Virus record (IMG/VR): IMGVR_UViG_2513237100_000001
Coordinates: 22,043 to 86,042 of that record
Length of the DNA: 64,000 bases
Strand: one strand, 5' to 3'
From: a virus
Taxonomy: Duplodnaviria; Caudoviricetes
Shown here: positions 56,063 through 64,000 of the stretch, piece by piece
How the letters are laid out: each line of letters opens with the position of its first letter
How positions within the stretch are numbered: the first letter of the stretch is position 1
Notes under the pieces: generated by a model
Database searches by the model: none
What the model saw: only the letters and a program-made list of their open reading frames with translations
What the model was told of the DNA's origin: nothing
Program-made: the position numbers and the translations under genes

Positions 56063-56806
56063 ATGCGCGAGACCCCTGGATATGCGGAGATCGCAGCGAA
56101 GTTTCGTCAGCAGATCCAGGACGGAACGCTCAGCCCCGGCGCCGAGATGCCGAGTTACGACGAAGCCGCCACGCAGTTCGGCGTAGCGCACACGACCGTC
56201 AATCGCGCATACCGGGTTCTCAAGATGGAAGGCCTGGTCCTCGCCAGGCCCGGCAGGAAGACCGTTGTGGCGGCGCCGGCCAGCACCAGCATCGGCACCC
56301 GGGTGGCCTTGCATGCGGCTACGGGTAGCGCGATGGCTGGTGGCGAGTCGTCGCGGATTTTGGAAGTGGGCACGGTCGGAGCTGACGCCCTGGTCGCCCC
56401 ACGGCTCGAAGTCCCGCCAGGCACGCCTGTTCAGGTACGACGGCGTGTCGTAAGCAGGGGCGGGATGCCCGTCCACCTGAGCAGTAGCTACTACCCCGCC
56501 TACGTGATCGCGGTAACGCCCGAGCTCCAGGAACCGGTGTCCACCGGAGCCTCGCGAGAGCTTGCGGCGTCACGTCTAGGCGTTGCTCAGGACCAGGTCC
56601 TTGAGGAGGTCACCAGCAGGCTCGCCACGGCGGCGGAGAAGGAGACGCTAGGGCTGACTGCGGCCGAGGTCGTCGTCACTCAGATCGTTCGCACCGTGAC
56701 TCTGGAAGACGGTCGCGTCGTTGAAGTGGCAGTGAAGGTCGCCGAGGGATCGACGATTCTTCGCTGGACGACGTCTCTACGACCCCGAGAGGAAGGCAGC
56801 GCCTGA
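56063..56806 (+). CDS. GntR/HutC-family repressor (KorSA/TraR-like)
   Basis: YAEIAAKFRQQIQDGTL.PG.EMPS...FGVAHTTVNRAY..LKMEGLV, plus a UTRA-like domain. Confidence 0.9.
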   Translation: MRETPGYAEIAAKFRQQIQDGTLSPGAEMPSYDEAATQFGVAHTTVNRAYRVLKMEGLVLARPGRKTVVAAPASTSIGTRVALHAATGSAMAGGESSRILEVGTVGADALVAPRLEVPPGTPVQVRRRVVSRGGMPVHLSSSYYPAYVIAVTPELQEPVSTGASRELAASRLGVAQDQVLEEVTSRLATAAEKETLGLTAAEVVVTQIVRTVTLEDGRVVEVAVKVAEGSTILRWTTSLRPREEGSA

Positions 56807-56997
56807 TCCTGACGCGTCCCGGTACCCAGCCTGGACGCGCGGACGGCCGACCGGTCATCACCCCGGCCGACCGTCCTTACAGCAGCCACCGACCTGCGAA
56901 GACAAGTAGCTGCGTGAACCGATCCGCGAAGAAGGGTTCGTCATGAGTCTATGGGTTATTGCGAGACTCCGAAAAGGTCATGGGGGGTGTGCACCTC

Positions 56998-57297
56998 ATG
57001 GTCAGCACTTCCACCCCTGACAACCTCCCGCCGTACGTGACCTTCGAGGGAGCCGCACGACTCCTCGTCGAACGGAACCTCCTCCCCCACGCCACCGGTG
57101 ACACCATCCGCTACCTCGCCCGGACACGGGACGACTGGCCGTTCGGTGACGGGCAACGCCTCCCGTACATCCGCATCGGCAACGCCCGAACGATGGAGAC
57201 CGGGATACTCCTGGACTACTTCCAGAAGCGGCCAGCCTCGACCGACGTCAGGGGCCCCGACAAGAAGCCGCGGGTTCGGCGGCCGCGCCGGTCATGA
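56998..57297 (+). CDS. small DNA-binding protein (Xis/HTH-like)
   Basis: VTFEGAARLL...TIRYLAR...LPYIRIGNAR. Confidence 0.6.
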   Translation: MVSTSTPDNLPPYVTFEGAARLLVERNLLPHATGDTIRYLARTRDDWPFGDGQRLPYIRIGNARTMETGILLDYFQKRPASTDVRGPDKKPRVRRPRRS

Positions 57298-57529
57298 CGC
57301 GGTTACGCCCCGACATAGCCGCAGTTCGCGGTAGTCCTGGACATGCAAGAAGGCCAGCAGTCGCAGCACCGCCGGCCTTCCAAGTGCAGCAGCGGATCGC
57401 AGCCCGCTGCTCGAAGAACGTCCGCTCCACTCATAGAACGAGGTCGCCCATGCGTCCGAGAGTACCCGCAGTTCCCCGCACACCCGCAAGTGCACGCTCC
57501 GTGATTCTCCGTACGGCGGGGGTGACGGC

Positions 57530-59122
57530 ATGAGGAAGCGCCCCTCACGGCCGCGCCGGTTCGCCGCCGTCGACAACGACGCCATCGACGCTCTCCCGTC
57601 CATCCTTGGCGTGGGCCTCCTTACCTGCTTGATCCGGGCAAAGGACGGGGCCAGCCTGACGGTGGAGTCCCTGGCCGAGTGCTACGACGAGGGCGAGAAG
57701 TCCCTCACGAAAGCCATGCGGTCTCTCGTCGATGGGGCCTACGTCGTGAAGTTCAAGATCCAGCGGGCCACAACAGAGGCCGTGATCGAGGACGGCAAGG
57801 AAGTCGTGAAACGCGGCGGGTCCTGGTACACGACCTTCAACGTGGACTCCATCCCGTTCACTGCGGCCGACGTGGCGGCGATGCTCGAAGAGATCTACGC
57901 CGAGGGCAACGTGAAGTCGCACCGGGTTGAGCCGGTCCGCCTGGACCCGAAAAAGCACTCTGGAAGCACCCCCAGCCGACCGACACCCCCCGGAGGCGGT
58001 GTCGGTCCGACCAGGGACGATATCGAGCCGGAGGGCGTTGAGACCCCCAACGCAGGTACTCGACCGACACCCCCCTCAGGGGCCCCCGGTCGACCGACCC
58101 CCGGTCAGGGGGGTGCTCATATAAGGAAGAAAACTACTTCCGCGAGCGCCGCAGACGAACAGCCTGAAGACGAGACCGATGCCCTTGCAGGGCGTAGCCC
58201 TGGTGACGGCCGGAGGCCATCTGACGGTAGTAGTACGTACGCGCGTGAAAGCGGCTCCGCCGCGTCCGGCACAACCAGCCCCTCCCCCACACCACACGAC
58301 GACACCCGCAGGCCGGCCCCGGCCAAGAAGAGCAGCAACAAGAAGCCAGCCCACACCCGGGAGCAGCTCGACCAGGTCCGCCAGGTACGGGCCTTGTTCC
58401 CCCGGGAGCTCCTCGACGCCGAGGGAGGTCTCCCCAACCTGCCGACCCTGTCGTCGGCGATCCTGGCCGCCATGGGCGAGGGCCGCACGGTGAAGCAGAT
58501 GCGGGACCGGATCTGGTACCGGTGGGCGAATCACGGGTTCGCGGACATCTGGGCGGAGGAAGGCCGGTTCGAGAAGCCGGTCGGTGTCGCTGTCGCCCTG
58601 GTGCGCCCGTTGCGCCGTGGTGACCGGTTCGCGTGCCCGGATCTGCGGTGCGAGAACGGGGCGGACATCGACACGAAGGTGCCGTGCCGGTTGTGTGCGG
58701 AGCGGATCGCGGACTGGAAGGCGGAGTGGGCCCGTAAGCGGGGTCAGGCGGCCCCCAGGGGCGCGAACTCGGTTTCGGCGGGCGCGGGTTCACCTGACGC
58801 CGCGCTGCCGTCCCAGCGGGCCGCACAGCCCTCCGCGCCCCTGTTGCGGGACTGCGCCAACGATCAGTGCCCGCTCTCCGTCCCCACCACCGGAAACCCG
58901 CTCTGCCGTCCGTGCCAGGACGACCAGGCGGAGGCTGAACAGGCAACCCGGGACATGCTCGCCGCGTGGGAGGCCGAGAAGGCGGCGGCCGCGACCGAGA
59001 GGCCGCCCAAGGAAGTCGACGAGGACGCCCTTGAGACCGCCCGGCTGCGTGCCGAGCTCGCCGCCCAGTACGGCACCCCCGATCAGCAGGCCGCGTACTG
59101 CGGAAGCAACGCCCCGTTCTGA
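57530..59122 (+). CDS. second replication-initiator-like protein
   Basis: RFAAVDNDAI...LTVESLAE...EGEKSLTKAMRSLVDGAY (wHTH), repeat-rich linker, C-terminal Cys clusters. Confidence 0.65.
   Translation: MRKRPSRPRRFAAVDNDAIDALPSILGVGLLTCLIRAKDGASLTVESLAECYDEGEKSLTKAMRSLVDGAYVVKFKIQRATTEAVIEDGKEVVKRGGSWYTTFNVDSIPFTAADVAAMLEEIYAEGNVKSHRVEPVRLDPKKHSGSTPSRPTPPGGGVGPTRDDIEPEGVETPNAGTRPTPPSGAPGRPTPGQGGAHIRKKTTSASAADEQPEDETDALAGRSPGDGRRPSDGSSTYARESGSAASGTTSPSPTPHDDTRRPAPAKKSSNKKPAHTREQLDQVRQVRALFPRELLDAEGGLPNLPTLSSAILAAMGEGRTVKQMRDRIWYRWANHGFADIWAEEGRFEKPVGVAVALVRPLRRGDRFACPDLRCENGADIDTKVPCRLCAERIADWKAEWARKRGQAAPRGANSVSAGAGSPDAALPSQRAAQPSAPLLRDCANDQCPLSVPTTGNPLCRPCQDDQAEAEQATRDMLAAWEAEKAAAATERPPKEVDEDALETARLRAELAAQYGTPDQQAAYCGSNAPF
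57977..58138 (+). repeat. iteron-like repeats and A-rich tract inside rep
   Basis: CGACCGACACCCCCC at 57977 and 58061, CGACCGACCCCC at 58091, inverted GGTGTCGGTC at 57998, ATATAAGGAAGAAAACT at 58119. Confidence 0.6.
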
Positions 59123-59308
59123 CACCCTGTCCGGGCCAGCCCGTGCGGGCTGGCCCGGGTAGACCACAACCCATCAAGTCCCAGGGGGGACCATGACCGA
59201 CACCACCGCAGAGACCGCAGAAGAGGCCGCGCCTGACCAGGCCGTACGTGCTGGCCGACCTCACCGAACCCCCGGACAAAACCTCGCCACAGCGATAAAA
59301 CTGACCGC

Positions 59309-59758
59309 ATGACGACGAACCGGCCGCCGGCGGCTCAGCACTACCTGCTCGTCCAAGTCGATGGCACTCTGACCTCCCACAGGGACACCTTCCAGGTAAT
59401 GCGCGACAAGATCGACGGAGGGGAGGGTGAGACTGGCCTGGAGGACATCCCGAACTGCTACCCGGTCACGGCCTACCACTACGTGCCGTTCGGCAACCCC
59501 GAACAGCAGCGCATGAACAAGGTCGCCAACGGCATCTTCTGGGAACTCAGCAAGCCAGACCCCGACAGCGCCACGCCTGAGCCCTTCGAGCCTTACGAGC
59601 AGCCCGAGCCCCACGACCCGAAAGACCGCGTCATCAAGATGCGCGGACCCGTCGTCTTCTGCGCCCGCTTCGACAGCCTGAGCTTCACCCACGCGGACAC
59701 CATCAGAGCCGCGCACGAACGGACCCTCGAACGACTCCGGTCCAAGGGCTGGATCTAG
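59309..59758 (+). CDS. hypothetical protein
   Basis: ORF with high GC3. Confidence 0.7.
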   Translation: MTTNRPPAAQHYLLVQVDGTLTSHRDTFQVMRDKIDGGEGETGLEDIPNCYPVTAYHYVPFGNPEQQRMNKVANGIFWELSKPDPDSATPEPFEPYEQPEPHDPKDRVIKMRGPVVFCARFDSLSFTHADTIRAAHERTLERLRSKGWI

Positions 59759-59872
59759 CCGCACGCACAGACCGTCCCCGCTCCAGCCCACGATGGACGT
59801 CCGGCAGCTCGGGGCCGCCGCCGGCCTGTACGTACCCCAGATGCCAGCCTGACGCCCTGTTCAAGGAGACTC

Positions 59873-60268
59873 ATGAGCGACAACCCTTCCCGCCACCTGT
59901 CCGCCGCCGCCGAGAACGTGCGCGCCTTCAACCACGACTCCCACGACATGAAACCCGGCTGGCAGTACCCGCCGAACGCCTACGACGCGATCGGTAGCCT
60001 GTCTACCCTGGCCGGGACGCTGGAGCAGGCCGTGCGGCAGTCGGTGTGGCCCGTGATTCACACCTTCGAGCAGGGCAGGATTCGCCTTGATGGTGGTGGG
60101 GTTGCCGCGCGAGCTGTTCGTGAGTTGGTGGCCGCGCGGAATGATGCTCAGGCTGCCGCTGCCGCACTGGCGGCCGCCGTACAACGGATGCACAACGCTG
60201 TTTCCCCCATGGGCCTCGACACGACCGGACTCCCGGAGTTCGAAGACGACGAGGGGCACACGGTCTGA
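59873..60268 (+). CDS. helical hypothetical protein (paralogue of 61234-61662)
   Basis: AAAENVRAFNH...AIGSL. Confidence 0.75.
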   Translation: MSDNPSRHLSAAAENVRAFNHDSHDMKPGWQYPPNAYDAIGSLSTLAGTLEQAVRQSVWPVIHTFEQGRIRLDGGGVAARAVRELVAARNDAQAAAAALAAAVQRMHNAVSPMGLDTTGLPEFEDDEGHTV

Positions 60269-60528
60269 TGACGAAACCGAGGCTCAACTTTGAGGAGCAC
60301 CAGCAGCTTGGCGACCGCTTGAGAGACATTCGGGACGAGTTGGTCCACCTGAATGTTCAGCTCGCCAATGCCTACCCGCGGTCCGGTCCCGAGTCGGCGC
60401 CGGCCACGGAACTGGAGGCGGCGCACGAAGCCGTTGACCGGGCGCGCCGGGGGCTCGAGAGAGCGCTTTACGACGAGCACCCGCGGTGGGCTGCGACGTC
60501 CGTGTACTTTTCGCGGCGCGAGAACTAG
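60268..60528 (+). CDS. hypothetical protein
   Basis: TGATG coupling. Confidence 0.7.
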   Translation: MTKPRLNFEEHQQLGDRLRDIRDELVHLNVQLANAYPRSGPESAPATELEAAHEAVDRARRGLERALYDEHPRWAATSVYFSRREN

Positions 60529-60584
60529 GCCTTGTTGTCCTGCATGCCGCCCCCAACCTGGTCCGGGTTGGGGGCGGCGGTGCG

Positions 60585-60815
60585 TCAGGCGCCGCGGCGC
60601 TTCAGCCAGTCAGCGACCAGTGCCGCCGACGCTGCCGCCAGAACGGCAGCCCACACGGTGACGACCGAGTCGACCACCTTCTCCGCCTGGCTGGCCGGCA
60701 GCCATCGGACGGCGGCCGTGACGACCCCGATAGTGCCGATCACCGCGACCAGGGCCTCGGCTGCCGTCCGGTGCCGTCGCAGGGCATACTGGAGCCGGGA
60801 TAATACGTGGTTCAC
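60585..60815 (-). CDS. small two-TM membrane protein
   Basis: GAGGGG RBS; two hydrophobic helices. Confidence 0.55.
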   Translation of the reverse strand: MNHVLSRLQYALRRHRTAAEALVAVIGTIGVVTAAVRWLPASQAEKVVDSVVTVWAAVLAAASAALVADWLKRRGA

Positions 60816-61233
60816 GTGCAATTCCCCTCTGCCCCGCCGGGCCGGGACCCTGAGTCCGGGAAGATTCCAGAAACCGGCCGGCGGGGCCTTTCGTGTTCCC
60901 GCGCCCCTGTTTGAGCGCCCGCTCACGGTAGGCCATAAATCAGTCTGACACCAAATCAGGGGCGAGCATCGTTGCAGGTCAGAGCCCTTTTTTGCTCCAT
61001 CCCTATCCGAAAAAGGGGCGCCCCTGTGGGGAATTTTCATGTGGGAGATTGGGCGGATAGCCCACCACCTGGAACGCCGCGCTTCTTTGACCAGCGCGAA
61101 TGCCGCCTACCCTGAACGATGGCCAACGCTTTCGGGTATGGGTTTTCTGGGCCGCCCTATGGGGAATCTGCACCGGATTGTCAGTGCCCGCTGCCACACT
61201 GGTCGCAGACACCCCCACACCAAGGAGATGGCC

Positions 61234-61662
61234 GTGGAACTGACCCGTGACCCGCACTACAGCATCCGTGCCGCCGCCGAGAGTGTCCGCGAGTACAACC
61301 ACCGCACCATCGACGGCCCCCAAGCCTTCTACGGCGAGCACCCCATCAACACGGCGCCCCCCGCCATCGGTGAGGCCATCGGCGCCCTCTACACCCTCTT
61401 CGAGCGTCTCCCCCAGGCCGTCGATCAGACCGCGGCCGCCGTGCGGCATGTCGAGGAGCAGGAAGCCATCCGCATGGCCAACGACGACGACCCCGGCGAG
61501 GCGGTGTCCCGGTTGCTGCGGGCGCTGATCGACGCCAGGCAGTCCATGCTCCTTGCGCAGACACATTTGCGGTCTGCGGTCCAGGTGTCGTCGAACCTGG
61601 CCGGCCACTGGCTGGATGACGCGGATGACGGCGACTTTGAGGGTGTGGGTGTCATCGGGTAG
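61234..61662 (+). CDS. helical hypothetical protein
   Basis: AAAESVREYNH...AIGAL; AAGGAG RBS. Confidence 0.75.
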   Translation: MELTRDPHYSIRAAAESVREYNHRTIDGPQAFYGEHPINTAPPAIGEAIGALYTLFERLPQAVDQTAAAVRHVEEQEAIRMANDDDPGEAVSRLLRALIDARQSMLLAQTHLRSAVQVSSNLAGHWLDDADDGDFEGVGVIG

Positions 61663-61935
61663 GTGTGGTGGTGCGTGCGTGAGCCCCTGGCCGGTGGTCG
61701 GGGGCTTCGTCATGTCCGGGGTCGGGTTACCGCGCACCGTCAAACATCTGGCGTTAGCCATACGTTTGTTGGTATGGTGGTGATTCGCCTTCCGGGCGGG
61801 GGGAGCGATCGACCGAAGCCGCGCGACCCTGAAAAGGCCCGCCCCGCGACCACCGCCCTGAACCGCACCCGCGCCGTCCTCGACACCCCGCCACCCGAAC
61901 CCATCCCCGGACAACTCGACCTCACCAGGAGCGAC

Positions 61936-63210
61936 ATGACCGAGTACTACCGTGACGAGCAGGTGACCCTGCACCTCGGTGACTGCCTCGACATCCTCGC
62001 CGCCCTGCCCGACGCATCGGTCGACGCGATCGTCACCGACCCGCCGTATGAGATCGGGGTGGCCGGCCAGGCATGGGACTCCACCGGCATCGCGTACAGC
62101 GTCCCCCTGTGGGCCGAGTGCCTGCGCGTCCTCAAGCCCGGCGGACACCTGCTCAGCTTCGGGGCGCCGCGCACCTATCACCGCATGGTCGTGGCCGCCG
62201 AAGACGCCGGGTTTCGGATCGTCGATCAGCTGGACTGGATTTACACCCACGGCAAGCCCAAGGGCACCGACCTGGCACGGGCCATAGACCGGCACCGCGA
62301 CGACCGCGAGCAGGTCCTGCAGGTCACCGCATGGCTCAAGGCGGCCCGCGACACGGCCGGGTGGACGAACCGGCAGATCAACAACCTGTTCGGGTTCTCT
62401 GGAATGGGTGGCCTGTGGACCACCCAGGGCAAGGCCGCGATCATCCCCACCATCGAGCAATGGACCCGGCTTCGGGACGCGCTCCAGTTCGACGACACGG
62501 AGATCCTCCCGCTCGTCACCGAACTCAACGCCCGCAAGCGCACCGTCGGGGAAGCGTTCGAGCAGCGAGAGATCATCAGCCGCACGCAGGGCACCGCCCA
62601 GACCGCAGGCCTGTACGGGGCAATGTCCGGGGACCGCATCAAGTCCCGTGCCGCCAGCACCGAAGCCCGCCGTTGGGAGGGCTGGCACACCCAGCTCAAG
62701 CCCGCCCACGACCCGATCCTCCTGGCCCGCAAGTCCACCGGCTACGACAGCCTCGTCGGTGGGCTGCTGCGCCACGGTGTTGGTGGCCTCAACGTGGCCG
62801 GCTGCCCGGCCGACGGGGGTGGCTACCCGACGAACATACTCCTCGGTCACGACTGCCCGCCCGGTGGGTGCCTGCCTGGCTGCCCAGTCCGTGAGACCGG
62901 CGACGCTGCCCGGTCGTTCCCCGTGTTCCGACTGGAATCCAAGACTCCCGCCCGCGAGCGGGTCGAAGTTGACGGGGTCCGGCACGACACCCCGAAGCCC
63001 CTTGTCCTGATGCGGTACCTCGTTCGCCTCGTCGCTCCGCCGGGCGGTCTGGTCCTGGACCCGTTTGCCGGGTCGTCCACCACCCTGCTGGCCGCCCGCG
63101 ATGAAGGCATGCACGCGATCGGTATCGAGCAGCACGAGCCGTATGCCCGCCTGTCCGCGGCCCGGCTGTCCGAGCCGTACACCGTCGGCCTGTTCGACGC
63201 CACCGCCTGA
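61936..63210 (+). CDS. DNA methyltransferase (N4-C/N6-A, beta class) with HTH-like insert
   Basis: LHLGDC, TDPPY, RVLKPGG, TPKP, VLDPFAGS. Confidence 0.9.
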   Translation: MTEYYRDEQVTLHLGDCLDILAALPDASVDAIVTDPPYEIGVAGQAWDSTGIAYSVPLWAECLRVLKPGGHLLSFGAPRTYHRMVVAAEDAGFRIVDQLDWIYTHGKPKGTDLARAIDRHRDDREQVLQVTAWLKAARDTAGWTNRQINNLFGFSGMGGLWTTQGKAAIIPTIEQWTRLRDALQFDDTEILPLVTELNARKRTVGEAFEQREIISRTQGTAQTAGLYGAMSGDRIKSRAASTEARRWEGWHTQLKPAHDPILLARKSTGYDSLVGGLLRHGVGGLNVAGCPADGGGYPTNILLGHDCPPGGCLPGCPVRETGDAARSFPVFRLESKTPARERVEVDGVRHDTPKPLVLMRYLVRLVAPPGGLVLDPFAGSSTTLLAARDEGMHAIGIEQHEPYARLSAARLSEPYTVGLFDATA

Positions 63211-63292
63211 CCACCCAACAGGCCGCCCCCGTTCGACCCGGGGGCGCCCCACCCGCCCAGTGTCCACCACACACCCCGCACGAGGAGACACC

Positions 63293-64000
63293 GTGACCAT
63301 GACACCAGCCGACGACGCCGCCTCGATCCTCGGCCCGATCACCCCAATCCGCTGCCCCCTGACCGGCTGCCACTGGTCCTGCCACGGGGTGCCGGACAAG
63401 TACGCCGACAGTCGGGCGCGGATCGTCCGCGAGCACCTGGCTGCCGAGCACACGCCGACGCCGGAGCCCGCCGACCGCCCCGCCGACCAGCTGCGCGCCG
63501 CTGTGGCGCGGGCGCTGGTCCGCTACGACTGGAACGCCGGGCTGTCCGGCCGCGACACGCCGAGCGAGCACCACTACGGGGAGGCCGACGCTGCGCTGGC
63601 GGTGCTGCCCGCGCCAGCCCTGGTGGTGGCCCGGCAGCTCCTCGGCACCACGAGCGAGGCGAAGCGCAACGAGATCCGCCAGTCGTACTCCGAGCTGGCC
63701 GCGCAGGCTCGCGAGGACCGAGACCACGAAGGCGCGGCGGACGTCGAACTCAAGCTGCGCGATCGCGAGGAGCAGTGGCGGCGCGAGGACGCTGCCGCCG
63801 TCGAGACCGTCGAGGAGCGGGAGCCGATCCAGCTTCGGTGGGGTCTCGACGACGTCATGTACGGCGACGACGACACCACCACGGTTGTACTGTCCGGACC
63901 CGGCGGTGAGCCGTACTGGGTGGAGCTGGACCCGGAGCGCACGGCCGCGCTCCGGAACGCGCTCGCCGGACCCGAGAGCACCGCCCAGCCCGCTCCTGTC
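63293..64000 (+). CDS. hypothetical protein, truncated by window
   Basis: GAGGAG RBS; open to the edge of the window. Confidence 0.6.
   Translation, partial: MTMTPADDAASILGPITPIRCPLTGCHWSCHGVPDKYADSRARIVREHLAAEHTPTPEPADRPADQLRAAVARALVRYDWNAGLSGRDTPSEHHYGEADAALAVLPAPALVVARQLLGTTSEAKRNEIRQSYSELAAQAREDRDHEGAADVELKLRDREEQWRREDAAAVETVEEREPIQLRWGLDDVMYGDDDTTTVVLSGPGGEPYWVELDPERTAALRNALAGPESTAQPAPV

Larger units (their letters stand above)
1..64000. mobile_element. Streptomyces-type siphovirus prophage / conjugative plasmid-phage (extends beyond both window edges)
   Basis: Complete terminase-portal-capsid-tail-lysis module, FtsK/TraB-GntR transfer module, two rep-like genes and a central Cre-like recombinase. 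No host genes or att-flanked tRNA seen. Confidence 0.85.

Noticed and set aside
61003-63453. 816-aa - strand ORF
   Set aside because: Antisense shadow of the methyltransferase region.

Overview
The whole window is one very GC-rich, Streptomyces-type mobile element with no recognisable host housekeeping genes. It looks like a conjugative siphovirus plasmid-phage. From left to right: (1) a leftward early/replication arm (1-8712) with a DciA-like helicase loader, HTH replication initiator, WhiB-like protein, HNH nuclease, Rad52/Sak annealase and a tandem-RHH regulator; (2) a central accessory block (8870-15927) with a stand-alone WYL protein, a Cre-like tyrosine recombinase coupled to a degenerate paralogue, and a promoter-driven array of small genes joined by a conserved 28-bp motif; (3) a full leftward lysis/tail/head/packaging module (15968-43913); (4) a FtsK/TraB-Spd-Kor(GntR) conjugation module (44929-56806); (5) a second, rightward replication initiator with internal iterons, then a DNA methyltransferase (56998-64000). 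The strongest unexplained signals are a perfect 34-bp inverted repeat pair (3828-3861 / 15894-15927) bracketing the recombinase pair, the cassette-like gene array (14314-15775), four CGCCAA-loop hairpins at an exact 37-nt period upstream of rep (2233-2359), a conserved ACCAGGGG-box promoter class, and a type-I-toxin-like locus between terL and portal. All protein calls come from motif recognition by eye; no database searches were run.
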